Below are positions 50,301 through 63,178 of a DNA stretch of 64,000 bases, one piece after another. The notes beneath the pieces were generated by a model, which saw only the letters and a list, made by a program, of their open reading frames with translations, was not told the DNA's origin and searched no databases. Source of the DNA: Oikopleura dioica (taxonomy: Eukaryota > Animalia > Chordata); the NCBI GenBank assembly GCA_907165135.1, contig OU015567.1, positions 11,408,001 to 11,472,000 of the forward strand. The letters run 5' to 3'. Every line of letters begins with the position of its first letter. Positions within the stretch are counted from its first letter, which is position 1. A program made the position numbers and the translations under genes.

Positions 50301-50849
50301 TCTTAAGTATCTTTCCTCATTCTTAGGATCAAAAATCGTATGTCTCGAATAGAATCGTGACCATAGATCTCTCGAACTTTACAGCTCAACTTAACAGCTC
50401 TTAACAGTTTTCATTTCATAAAGCCATTTTTCTCTTTGAATGGAACTGAATTATTTTTACCAAGCAGAAGCGGGCATTGATTCCCACCCACTTGATGTCT
50501 CCCAGGAGGACAATGGAATGAGAACGAGCCATCTTTGGGATGAAAGTATTTACTCAACCCTTCACGGGCTTTTTCTATTGTTGTCTGGCAAATATTCTTT
50601 TAAATTTGCTCCGATTCAGTGGGTTATTTTTCTATTAATCTTGGTGGGTTTCTTTGAACAAAAAAAAGGTTGAAAATGAAGGCGTGTCCTAAGCAAAACC
50701 ACGCAGACGTTGAAAAAATAATTGATTTTCGTTCTCATTCCTTTCACTTACTTTCTTACGGGACGCCTAATAAGGTAAAAAGGGAATTTACAATATTCAG
50801 GTTTTCTAAAAATATTCTGTTCTGACAGATATTAGTTATTTATTCATAC

Positions 50850-52019
50850 ATGTACAGTAGGGACGCCTTGAACGTTTGATTTTCGAAAGTTCTTTCTTCC
50901 AAGTGAGTCAATTGGAACAGGATGGTTTTCATAAAAACTTTCTGGTAAAGACCAAGCGGTAAAATCGTCTTCTTCTTCCTCGACTTTAAGCTGGGTCAGC
51001 AAAACGTAAACCTAACAAATTTTATGCTCTATAAATAATTTTTGCGGGATATTTCTTTTCATATTTGTTGACCCTATTCAACATTGATGTTCTGCGATTT
51101 CGCCTTGTCACAAAGAACCACGAGCAAAAGCGCGATAAGAAGGAGTTCCAATAAAATATAGCCAAGTGAGATTCCAATAACATACTTCTGAAAATACTGT
51201 GTAAGCTGCCGCTTTCTTTGAACCCCGGAGCAAGCTATCACCCGCGCTGGGTAAATACTTCTGACCTCGGTTTTCTATCTTGCTTTCATTAGATCCAAAG
51301 CTACGAAAACAGCTCGCACGTTTTCTCCTTTTTTACTTACAATTATGCTCGTTCGCTGAATTAGTCGTGCCAGGTGGAATTGATTTGAACTTTTTGAAAG
51401 GAGAAAGTCCTCTTCTTTCGACGCCGCTACAATTTGGCCTAATGAGCTTTCCGACGTCCGTGAAAATAGCTTTTCAACAAATTTTGAGGCGTCATCAAGG
51501 GACCCAGTTATTGCGATTCGTGCATAAATTTCGTCAATTCCAGATATTGAAAAGCAGATTATGATCGATACCCACCAAAAGATAGCTTTTTATAGGTAAG
51601 AAAATGAAGCTCTTTGATCAATATTCATCATTTCTAACCCTTTCCTAAAATTAGATACACAAGCATGGCGATTCTGAAGGCTTTTCCAAGCTTCAACAAC
51701 GACCTTGAACAATATGTCCAGCCTTGCGCAAAATAGAAAATCGTTGCAATGCCCAAAATGCCAGAAGGAACCAAACCGGCGCAACAAAATATTAACCGCG
51801 CGGTACGCCACGAGTCACTTGCGTCAAGGAGACCCAAATCGATTATCAAGGTTTCACTTTGCTGATACGTAACTCGGTATTCTAGCAAAATTATTAACTT
51901 TAGATAATGAAAAAACGAAATCTACCTTCTTCGGAGTACAAGGCGAGAAGAATAGCTGACCCAAGAATTTCTCCAAGCGAAATGCCAAATATGCCAATTT
52001 CAGTCAAAAATCTCTTCAT
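50850..52019 (-). CDS. Multi-pass (probably 4-TM) membrane protein, orphan; 3' end uncertain
   Basis: Hydrophobic exons MKRFLTEIGIFGISLGEILGSAILLALYSE, ARLIFCCAGLVPSGILGIATIFYF, IAMLVYLILG and YVIGISLGYILLELLLIALLLVVLC. Confidence 0.55.
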
Positions 52020-52511
52020 CTTCTTGAACTCTTCGATTTATGTTTCTCTAGCAATTAGATCCTCTGAGTGCGAAAAAAGACAAAAAAGACAGAAAAGCTC
52101 GTAAATCTCTCGGCGGGAAGGTTTTACGGACCATTATGCTTGCAAATTGTAAGGGAATTTCCGAAGAAAGGAAAGTTGTGATTGTTGAATAGGAACGAAG
52201 TGTTTTTGTTGCTTTATCTCGGTTTTGTGTTTTATTGTTCGGAGAAAAGAGGTAGAGTTGTTAAAAGAGGTTGTTCTGCTGGAGCGTGCGGTACTTCATG
52301 TCTTGAGCTTTTTTCGACAGCGTCCTAAATTTAGATGTTTTATTGATAACGCTATTTTTCGCGCGCTACGAAGCGTTACAGTCGGAAATCGATCTGTCTT
52401 TCGTAACAATCTATAGATTTCATCCTATCGATACTGTTTGTTGCTTGATTTATAATCACAGTAACAAAGCTATTTGCAGAACTGTTTCTGGTATTTACTC
52501 ACCCACTTCGG

Positions 52512-54632
52512 TCAATCGTATGATAATGCTTTTGAGTCTGACTGTAGTGGTTGCTCGCCCGCGTTAACTTGTCGAAGGTACCCGACAGATGATCTGAAAT
52601 AATGTCTTAAAATCGTCTGAAAGAAAGAGCCCGAATTTAAAAAATTAAAAATGAATTGAGCGAGGATGTTTAATCCATTTATTGAATTCGTAAAGCACAT
52701 GTGCGGTGTCTCTCTGAATAAGTAATGTCGCCGTACTAAACCTTTTGGCACGGCGTCCCAATGGCCTTCTGAAAAATGCATCGCAGGATCGGGCACGTAG
52801 CCCAAGGCACTTTGGTCTAAGTTCGCGCGGCTCGACGAAGCATGAACAGAAGAAAGGGTTGAATTTTGCTTCGATGAGCTTTGATGCTTTTTGAACAGAT
52901 ACTATGTTAGTGCTGTATCAACCCTTTTCAGTAGTGAAAGACGGATTTTTATGATGATAGTTGATCGTCTGATAATGTCGTTTAGATGGCACATTATTGG
53001 TAGGTTGGGAAGATTGGTGGCTATTTTTAAAGCTGTAGCTCGAATACTCGGAGTTGAGGTTGTCTTTGGGTTGTGATTTGGCATAATTAGCGAAGTCTCT
53101 CGGAGGCGAGTCACTACTGGTACAAGTTGTACCAGAGACCAACCCTTTCGAAACGCGCTGGTTCGTCGGAGGGACAATTCCGGCCGTTGGATGATGTTTT
53201 GGTGTTGCTTTTGAGGAATCTCGGCCAGCAGTTAATTGAACTAGTTCTTTCATGTGGTTCTTTACATTTATATTTTACAGTCTAGTATATCATGGTGGAT
53301 AATTTTGATTATCGTGAGTGCTCGTTATAGCTCTGTACTGACGAAGGCAATTCATCGCGTATAATCGCGACCTTTGACAGATATAAAACCATTTTCCTGT
53401 ATTTCTATCGAGTTTGTGTTCTGGAGTATTGCTGGTCGGGGGAAGAGTGTAAGCTAAAAACAAGTTATCGACGATAAATAATCATAAAAATGCATAACAT
53501 AATCATAAAAAGATGAAAAAGACTGGAGATGCTGGGAATTGAACCCAGGACATCTCGCATGCGAAGCGAGCGCTCTACCCCTGAGCTACATCCCCGATGC
53601 CTCTCGATCAACAATAGCCGGCTAAATTCGTCGATGCTCCGCGTCGAGCGCGCATCAATTTTTCAGCCTAAGCGCTTTTTCCGGTTGAAGGGGCTCTTAC
53701 CGTTGGCTTTCGGCACCGCAGGCTTGCGAATCGTTGAGTAGGACCAATTTGCTGAACTCCTGTTACTTGCTTTAGAAGAAGTTTTTACTTACGAGGCTCT
53801 TGTTGGCGCTGTTCTTGAGCCCATCTGTTGGCATTCACACGATGTCTTGTTGGAAGAGTTGCTGTTCCATCGGGATATGCGCTTTTACGGTGCTCGACAA
53901 TTGTGTTTAGGGACTACAGGCTGTTGGCTTATCAAAAGTTGTATAATGAATTCTTTTGTTTTTAAAATTTTATAAGCATATTCGAGTTTAAAATCGGTCT
54001 CGAATCTCCTCGCATTATTCTCCTTGATCATGCCCATCTGCGGCGTATAATTGATTTAAACTTTCATCGTCGTACGAAAAACTGTTGAAGCACATGCCTG
54101 AATCCCATATTGATCGGGACGATTTGTTGGTCAGATGAGGAGCTATTTCCAAAGGTAAGCGGCTGATTGTTCTTCAGGAGTTCTATCTCCTGCCTGCACC
54201 ACAAATCTGGGCCGCCTGATGAGCGCTTATCTGGATAAACATCGTTTGCGCTGAAATTAAATTTTCAATTCTCTCTTATTATCGAAATGGACCCTACCAA
54301 TATGCAGAAACCGCTTGTCCTCGATCAGCCCTGTCCTGTTGGTATCTGCACAAAACAAATACAAGCACAGTTGTCGACAGAATAATAAACGTCCCACCAG
54401 TGGCGATGATAATGTACCAAAAAGGTTCAGCAAGACCCGTCGATTCCATCACTGAAGGTTTCTCTTGAAGAAGAAAAGAAGCATGAGTTTTATACGCTAT
54501 TTTGTTGAATGAATGACTGTAATGAGACAAGTCTCCAAGGGGAAGAATATTTATCGGAGAGCGCTCATGTCGGAATCGATGGCAATTGACATGAACGCGC
54601 CTCGGGGGATCAAGGGCGGGATCATCCGACAT
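52512..54632 (-). CDS. Single-pass membrane protein with long cytoplasmic tail bearing DCC/Neogenin-like P1/P3 motifs; 5' end uncertain
   Basis: TM WYIIIATGGTFIILSTTVLVFVLCR; in-frame next exon GGPDLWCRQEIELLK; later exons ATLP, YSTIRKP and NHMKELVQLTAG; ends ..KALSYD*. Some middle junctions are unresolved. Confidence 0.55.
53524..53595 (-). tRNA. trnA-CGC: tRNA-Ala (anticodon CGC)
   Basis: GGGGATGTAGCTCAGGGGTAGAGCGCTCGCTTCGCATGCGAGATGTCCTGGGTTCAATTCCCAGCATCTCCA; G3-U70 pair, A and B boxes, T5 terminator just downstream. Confidence 0.97.
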
Positions 54633-55074
54633 ACCAATTTTGCTCAAATTTTAAATGTATTTATATTCTCTGACAATTTATTATACAATATTCAGAATTT
54701 TCGGACTGTCAAGGAAATACTCATTTATTTCTATTATTTTTTCTATCGTTTCTACCTACGTACTACAGTCACTTACAAGATCTTTCGCTCATTTTCGTCT
54801 TTATTCCCTCTTTTTACATTGTCATTGAATAAAAATCATAATTGCTTCATCATAAGCAGTAAGTTTCTTCATTCTCACATTCCCCTTGGGCGTGAGCTGC
54901 TTTGAGCCGATGTGGCGCCGCCTTGTCCGACAATCGATCGATGATGACACAGACCAATGATTTGAAAAATAATATAGATTAAGCTCATTTCTGTTTAAAT
55001 TAAATCATTTTCGGCTCTGCGCTCAATACACACATTTCTATTCGACTTGAGGGAATTTATTTCAGAAATGAATT

Positions 55075-55893
55075 TCAAGGTGCGCATTTGCCGAAAGTGT
55101 ATTTCCAGCCAGCAGAGACGGAAACAATCGCTGGTGCAAAAGTCAAGCCCATTTCTAAATTTACATTTTTAGTTAACCAATTTATAAAGATACACTTACG
55201 AATCATAAGAAAAATGTAAACGCACATGCTCGTCAATTTTTCATCGCCGCAGCAGACCTAAGAAATACCATTCATCTTGGAATCAACAACGAGTTACCTG
55301 TCCAAGAGCAGCAAGAGTGAGCATAACGGCAATCATGGCTCCCAAGACGAGTAAAAACATCGATAAACCCACATGCCATTTGAGCAAATCGTACTCGAAG
55401 CATTTGCCGAATGTTCCGAAATCGCAGTTTTTGACTTTGTAGTAAAATGCCAAATAGATCGCGCCTGAGATGATTGAAATCAGTCCAGCAAAACCGATTG
55501 ATCCTGCGCCTTTCTGAGAATAAAATTGCTTTCTCTGTTGATCTTGAAATCTTACCTTATCAGTGTCGTTAGTTTTCTGCTTCTGGTTCATCATTCCGTT
55601 CACCAAGAACGAAAGGATCGGTGCAATAAGCATAACGTACGCAGCCCAGAGCATCAGGTCGAAGTCTTTATTCTACCAGTATTTAAATTGGTATATTTAA
55701 GTTTTAGAAAATAAAATACCGCTTGGAAAGATGCTCCAATGCAATCAAAAACGCTTCCAAATCCATCAGAAATATCATCAATGATGCCTTTTGCGCCATC
55801 TCTTATATCTTGAAGCGAGAATTACTTGCGAAAATCCTTGAAATTTCTTTGCTTACCTTCGAAAAAATCTCCTGCTCCGCGTTCTAGTCTCAT
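55075..55893 (-). CDS. Four-TM membrane protein, orphan
   Basis: MRLERGAGDFFE|DIRDGAKG..|LMLWAAYVMLIAPILSFLV..|..IGFAGLISIISGAIYLAFYY..C..C..WHVGLSMFLLVLGAMIAVMLTLAALGQ|VCCG..CVYIFLMI|QMGLTFAPAIVSVSAGWKYTFGKCAP*. Confidence 0.65.
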
Positions 55894-56344
55894 TTTTTTT
55901 ACAGGTTCTGCGTTGAATTCAAACTCTGACTGGGAGAGCGTCGCCGGAATTTTTCACCTTTATTATATTTGCGAATATATTCAAATTGAAAATTTGATTA
56001 GTGAAAACGGCCAGCTTATTCACCTCTTTGTCCGGAGGGCGAAAGCTGCTCGGGCAAATATTTGACGAAGAGTATTCTATTCAATGTGGGAATGCGCTTT
56101 TGAAGATACCGTAGAATTCTGACTCAAGGTATACATCGGAAAGGTCGACGTGAACTTCATTAAACATTGACTTTTCTCTTCCTTGATCTCAAAGCAGAAT
56201 CTGTTTTCAAAAAATATGATAGCCAGTAAATGACTTATTCTTAATTACTCGGAATCATAGAACTTCCGCCGGAAGTTAAATTTAATCCGCAAATATGTTC
56301 TTATAAAGTTTCGACTGGCGGACCTTCTCTTTCAGATCTTAGAG

Positions 56345-57801
56345 ATGCTAGTTTGGTCATTTTATTTATCACTTGCTAAAGCTTGCAGTAAGAACGAAAA
56401 TCCACCACCTGAAGAAGAATGCCCGTAATATTTGAACTTTTAAAGCTGGGAACCCAATAAAAGCTTAGGGACAAGGACCTTCAAGAAGAATGCAATAAAA
56501 ACTGTCAGATAGAACTCACTGGATGTCGATTGCTATGCGAGAGTGACTACTGTCTCTCTGTTTGTGTCAATACCAATGACAGTAAGCTTATGATATCCAT
56601 GTCTTTGGTTAAAAATTTCTATAAGACTGTTTGAATGAGTGTCCATGTGCAGAAAGATGTCCTGACGGATGCACCAATTGCGATCATCCACTTTGCGCTG
56701 ATCCTACACCGGTAAGGAATAACTGAAGCCCCTGTTAACAACTCCTAGGCTGAAACTTATATCATGGTTCTTCGTTACACCTTTGCGGATTATTACTATT
56801 ACACATATGAGTCGTACGATTCTGAACTCATGGAAGAAGGCACTTACGACCATCGACTCTACAATCCTTACATCATCAGCGGAGATGGTTCGAAAATGGT
56901 CGAAGCAAGTATTGACGCACCTAACGCGTATCTATCTGGTGGTGTAATGCACGCAATCGTCAATGATGAGCTCTATTTATTTGTCGAACAGAATATATAC
57001 CGGCTAGATGGGTGTAGTTATTCGCTGCTCATGGCAGAATTGAATTTTTCATAAGTGCATCTGGTGCTGCTCTTGCGATAAATGAAGGACAAAAAGGTAT
57101 GATCGCGATTAATGAAAATGATTTACAACAAAATATATTCTATGATTTAGCTCTCGTTTGTTTTGAATATTCGAGTCCTTCTATTGCCTGCAACATCTTC
57201 GACGGATCACAAACTACGAAAACCTATTCAACATCTTATGGCCACTACTATGGAGGCTTAGGTTTGTATAATGGTCAGCCGACAACCGTTGGTTCAGGAC
57301 CAAACAAGATCCTTAGGAATGTTGAGACTTTGACGCCAACAGGATGGATTGAGCTCGAGGAATATCCAGTGTAATAATTCGGACAATATTTCGGCAATAC
57401 GTGAATGTTCTAGGGCTCAATATGGTCATTCCCTGATTGGACTCGACGATGGTTCGATGTTGGCTTTCGGTGGATTTTCGAAAGATGGATTTTGGGAATC
57501 TGTGTCGGAAATAAGAAGACTCAAGGACAATAAATGGACTCTTGTCGGGAATTTACTTGAAGTCATTACCTTAGTTCTCATCATAAATATCAATTCAATA
57601 TTTTAGAAAACCTCGAAGGCGTCAGTACTCAAATCTGGATCATCAATTTACTTAGTTTCTGGCGATGATAAAAATGCTCCGACTCAACGAATCGACCTTG
57701 ACGGAAACGAAATCAGCAATATAACCGTCATTGCTTATCAGCCACAGGGGGCTGTTGAACGTCCAGTTCTCTTTGAAACGACATTTGACCGATGTGTCTG
57801 A
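56345..57801 (+). pseudogene. Cys-rich plus beta-propeller paralog of 21144-22621 with an apparent 1-nt frameshift (pseudogene, null allele or homopolymer error)
   Basis: Signal MLVWSFYLSLAKA; CLNECPCAERCPDGCTNCDHPLC; ELYLF, ALVCF, PTTVG and LAFGG. Frame breaks at AATTTTTCATAA (~57043-57054); the shifted frame continues FISASGAALAINEGQK|ALVCF. Confidence 0.6.
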
Positions 57802-58174
57802 TCTTCATATTGTTTCTTTTTTTTTTGATTGTTTTTCTTTCAATAAATTTTATTTTCAAAGTATTATGACCTTAAATTTTGTTAAGATGTTGCTTTACGG
57901 AATATTTCCTACATGCATTCATATTTCATTCTCGATAGCTGAAATTCCAAGAATTTTCTATGTTGTCTCTAGAACAGTTGTGTTGGGCATGAAAAACTTC
58001 TGTATTTCATTAGTTGCGCACTGTCTCCGGTAGAAACACACAAAAAATGGGTGTTTTTACAAGAAATTCAAAATTCAACACAACAGATCGATTATCAAAA
58101 AAGCAAAGGTAACATTTTTCAATATAAATTATATTGAAACCCCTTGTTTTAAAGTGAATTTAAATTTTAGAGAA

Positions 58175-60581
58175 ATGCTAACAGCTGAGTTCACCCTGGA
58201 CAATTTCTCTCAGGGGAGTTACAGTGATAGCGACGATGAAAGTACAGAAAACGGAAATTGGAGGTCGAGAGGCCGACGCGAGTCAAGAGTATCGTTGTAT
58301 GCGCGAAAAACGATCATGTCCCTCATTGGCGTCAGTAAAGTTCATCAATCCAGAATAGGCTCAGATAATATGCGACAGCGGGAGCTGGAACGAATTATGT
58401 AAGTTCTACTCGAAATTCGGTCGACCATCGTTGATTTCAGAGACTCGCCGTTTGTAATCCATCCTTATTCAAACTTCCGCCTTATATTCGACGCGATAAC
58501 GATGATAATACTCATCCTTAATCTGGTTTTCGTTCCGATTATTATGGCGTATCCCAAATTTGACAGGTAAAGGTTGCATTTAACAGATATGCGTTTCAAT
58601 ATTCATTTAAGCCTCTATCTGATGATTCGACCAGATAAAAACTATCCATACAGATCGTTCCTTATCATGTTCGTGTCAGATATTTGGTTCACACTCGATA
58701 TTCTGGCAAACTTTCGAACTGGATACATTGAAGCTGACACCGCTGTTTTGAATGGTAAGAAAAGGTTGTGGCTAACTTTAAACGTGCATAGTGAAAAAGA
58801 TACGAAGAAAATACCTCCGTGGTTGGTTTTGGTTCGATATTCTAGCTACAGTGCCTTTTGACCGGGTAACACATAAGAAAATGATTGTAGCAATGTTAAT
58901 CGTTTTACAGGTTGCTGAAGTTATGACACAAACGAACATTTATGAATCTTCCGAGCGACTTCTCAGAACAGAAATATCAATCACGGAGCAGAATCAAGCA
59001 TCATTAGATATCATTCGATACTTCAAAATCATCCGATTGACAAAAGTCGCTGGATTGCTAAGGAACGGCTTGAATAACTTTAGTCGAAGAATAGTCGTCG
59101 GGGATAAATAGCTTCACTTACCCTGTCGAAACCCTTAATTTATAGCCTAGTACCCCATTTCGCGAGCAAATTTTTGAGCTTTCTAAAGACTTTTCCGACT
59201 GACGAAGCTTATCCGAAACTTTACAGATGTCAATAGTTCGTGGATCAACATCGAGAGCGTCAAGGGAGTCAGTAAAATCGTCGCATTTGTTTTCTTCCTT
59301 TGGATGTGGATTCACTTTTCAGGATGTTTGCAATTCCTTATCCCGACGCTCAACCCAGCGTATCCATACTTTATGAGTTGGTCTGTCGCAAGTGGTCTAC
59401 ACAAAGATACAGTCCCTTGGATGACTCAGTATTTCAAGTCGACTTTTCGATCGCTGAGCCACATGTTTTGCATCGGATACGGAACTATGGCGCCTCAGTG
59501 CATTGATGATCTTTGGATGATGTTCTTGTAAGATCTTTTCTATTTTATAACTCTTTCCTAAACCAATCCCAGCTCAATTTTCATCGGAGATCTCTTGAAA
59601 GCCGTCTTTATTGGCGTCGCATCGTCAATGATGCAGATGATGGACGCTTCGAAACGACTTTACATGGAAAAGCTCACCGCGGTTACTGAGTACATGGAAT
59701 ACAAAAAACTACCATCTTACACCCGCCAAAGACTGCTTGACTACTACGAACAACGTTATCAAGGTAGATTAAGTCAACTGTGAACCAAAAAAAAAAATAA
59801 AATTGTTAGGAAAAATGTTCGACGAAGAAAAAGTTCTGGCAACTCTAAACCCAATTTTACGGAAAGCTCTCGTTCGCCATAACAGAAAAGATCTGGTCAA
59901 GAAAGTACCATTCTTCGAAAAATGCCCCGTCTATTTCATTGACGAAGTGATGAATCTTATGCGGCTAGAAATGTATCTCAAGGATGACAAGATCATTCGC
60001 CAGGGAACGACTGGAAACAAGATGTTTTTCATCCAAAGTGGGACGTGTTTGATCATTCTAGGGAACGAAAAGAAAAGGAAAAGAAAATCTTTAGGTATTC
60101 TTCTATGATTTCAATGCGATCAACGATGTTTCTAGCACTAAGGGATGGAGATTTCTTCGGGGAAATATCTCTCCTCATCCCCGACACAAAACGAACCGCC
60201 ACAGTAATAGCTCGAGACACAACGTACTGCTATTCTCTGAAGCACAGGGATTTCTCAAAGATCCTCGATACCTATCCACCTGTCAAGGACTTGATGGAGA
60301 GAGTAGCAGAAGAGCGACTTGCCCAAACAACCGCCGTCGAAAATGAAACTGACAGCGATGATTCCGCGATGGACGGCGATGCAAAGATTCATCCCTACCC
60401 GAGTTGCACGGATTCAACGTATTCGGATACTACTGTGTCATTTTGCGCACCAACATTCCATGTCCAGCGTCCAGATTCAGATACGACTGTGGATGGAGCC
60501 GATATCAGTAATGTGCCAATGTTCACTTTTCATGTGGATGCTCCTTCAGACGAAAGTTTGGCACAAGAAAGCGATCCATAA
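58175..60581 (+). CDS. HCN: HCN-type cyclic-nucleotide-gated cation channel (divergent)
   Basis: FVIHPYSNFR; NFRTG; YLRGWFWFDIL; S4 RYFKIIRLTKVAGLL|RLFRLTKLIR; pore SHMFCIGYG; C-linker MDASKRLY..YEQRYQ|GKMFDE; CNBD GDFFGEISLL..RTATV. Confidence 0.92.
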
Positions 60582-60691
60582 TAATACTTAATTTACTGTC
60601 TATTTATTGTATTTTTATATCTGCCTTATCTCAAAATATACCTTTTTTTCGAAGAATTATTGAAGATAACTGACAAGTTAAGCCACTATCT

Positions 60692-60731
60692 TTATGGACC
60701 ATAAATTATGGTCCATAATTTATGGCATAAA
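60692..60731. repeat. Perfect short inverted repeat of self-complementary units
   Basis: TTATGGACCATAA-A-TTATGGTCCATAA followed by a degenerate TTTATGGCATAAA. Confidence 0.7.
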
Positions 60732-63178
60732 GTTAATGTTCTTTTTAATTGCAAACGACATTCAGAATGTCACATTGATTCAATGTCATTGAAAAAGAAT
60801 TTCTTTGGCGTGACAATTTAGGTTAAATGATCCTTGCTCCTTATAATGGCTGTGTAAAAAGAAAGGATAAGCGTGTGAGGCCGTCAGGTGGCGTGACGTC
60901 GCTCAGTTCAGGCGAGCCTGGTTGAAACTTGGCAAATTATGCAAAGATGCCACTCAGTGGAAAGCACATAGTTCTGACTACCTCGTCAGGAGCAGAGTTT
61001 ACTTATCACTGATAGGGGGCTCTTCAGATCAAACACAGACAAAGGAAAGCTCGTTAAATAACTTTACATTGTCCACTCTACATTTTGTTCATTGCCTCTT
61101 TTTTACTATTGCCAAAAGTTGAGAATAGACTGGAATAGAAATAAGAGAACAACGAAGAAATCGACTCTTGGATCTCTTGAAATTTGGTAATTTTCTATAG
61201 CTAGGCCGAGGCATTTATATTCTCAATGATAAAAAGTGTGTGTAAAAAGAAATTAATATTTAAACAATGAGAGTATGAATTTTTGTGCACTGAGAGAGGA
61301 GTAGACGTTGAGTTTCCTGAGTTGGGGTCTCGTTTCGTGACGCAAATCTGAAAATCATTTGCAAACACTCCACCGCGGCAACAATTATTTCCAAATAATC
61401 TCGCGCTTTTTTTCAGAGCTTGTCGAAGTGATGAGAAATTATGCTATGAGAAACTTTGAGCGCTAAACTTTTATAAAGGTAATTTGATAAAAAGGGAGTC
61501 TTTTCGAAGTACTCTTCCTTGATTTCGATTCTTCCATGATTTAATTGACGGTGCGTTCTAAATGAGCAAATGTCTATATTTCTACAAATTGCATATGTTA
61601 TTATAAAATTATCTCGAAATAGATTCTCCGATCGACTAGGGTTTATCTTCTCTCGCGAGATATAATTCCTCGGGAGAACATATCCAAATTTGAATGCCAA
61701 AAAAGACTGCAAGAATTAATTTAGCCTGAATGTTCGTGCAATTAGCATATGTGTTTGAACTTTTTCGTGCTGGATTTTTGTAATAAAAAGGTCAATTATT
61801 TCTCGCTTCGAGAACGTTTCACTTAGTCACGGGCTAGTTTTTAACCCAAGAAAATTATATTAAAAATAAAGGAGAACGTCGTCGGATGACGTATCACGTG
61901 ACTCGTGATTAACCTCATTAGAAGCTTTTCTTCGTTATAGGTCTTTTCATTACTCTTACCAAGAAAATAAACAAGATATTTTTAGGTCGCAAAAATATTG
62001 TCTGAAACGAAGGTCAAGAAATTGACGATTCAAAATACAAAACTCAAGAGGCATGACATGGCGTTCTGGGAATGATAGAGACACTCAATGAGAGATACAA
62101 CAATATTACCATACCGAAGATATACTATCAAAACGAGTATCCGCAATGTTGCGCCGCGGGAAGCTGTACCGAGCAAAGGAATGGCTTTTACTTCGAGCAC
62201 AAGATTTGCCCGAGAATAAAAACTTTCCAGTCGCGACTATTGAACATTCGTATCGACATATTTCCATTCACATCTAATAATTAGCGATGATGCAAGGTCG
62301 GTGCATTAAATTCGACTTCACATCAACTGTAAATTTGCGTATTACTCGCCGTTTCTTTTAATGAATTTGATGAAAAGGAGCATTGTCTGACGCTTTTTCA
62401 AGCACCTTGGAAATTAATGCTTCGACTTTTGATCACATTGAGAAAAAGATAAACATAAGAGAGCGAAATGGGAGAGAAACTTATTAAATTTAAAAAATGG
62501 TGAGTCTGATCAATAGTAGACTTCCAAAATTGCACATGACGTAAACTTGTGTCAAGAAGAGCAAGGTTGAGCCATTGTCTTGAGACATGAAAGCGTACTT
62601 TAAATCAATCTCCTCTGGACGTTTATCACTCAAGCGCACAGTATAAAAGCCAGTGAGCATCAGTACAATGGCCCTTCGTATATAATAAATTTAATTCAAT
62701 AATTATTGAAATCGAAGAAGCGCTCCGAATTTCGTCACAGACCGAGACCAACTCACTTTTTTCAACGATTTTTTCGAAAACAGTTTAGAAGTTAATAACC
62801 GTTAGGTTTTTTAGCTTTAGAAAAAAACAAGTCGAGAGAGTTATCTGCTTATCCGGAGGGGATGAATTCGGTAATTGGAGAATTGTTAATCTTAATCCTA
62901 TTGACACTCGTTAGACCTTGCTAATTATGAATTTTTCAGTAGCCAAATAAGACCTCTAGACCTGAACTCTTTTAATTTCATCGCATTCAAGTCAAACCGT
63001 CAAGAGATGTGCTAGCTTTAGAGGTATTCAAGGTTGCCCCTCTCGAATATATACGTCGCCATTATTAAATATATTCACTCAATCACCTTGGTGAACCACT
63101 TTCCCATTCATCCGAAATCACTGAATGCTCCGAGCTCGGGCAAATGGGAAGAGAGATATTAACTTTGACTTAGAAAAA

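Noticed and set aside
53529-53741. 70-aa ORF MLGIEPRTSRMRSERSTPELHP
   Set aside because: Spurious translation of the tRNA antisense strand.
61060-61190. Hydrophobic signal-like stretch LYILFIASFLLLPK
   Set aside because: No in-frame Met and flanked by stops.
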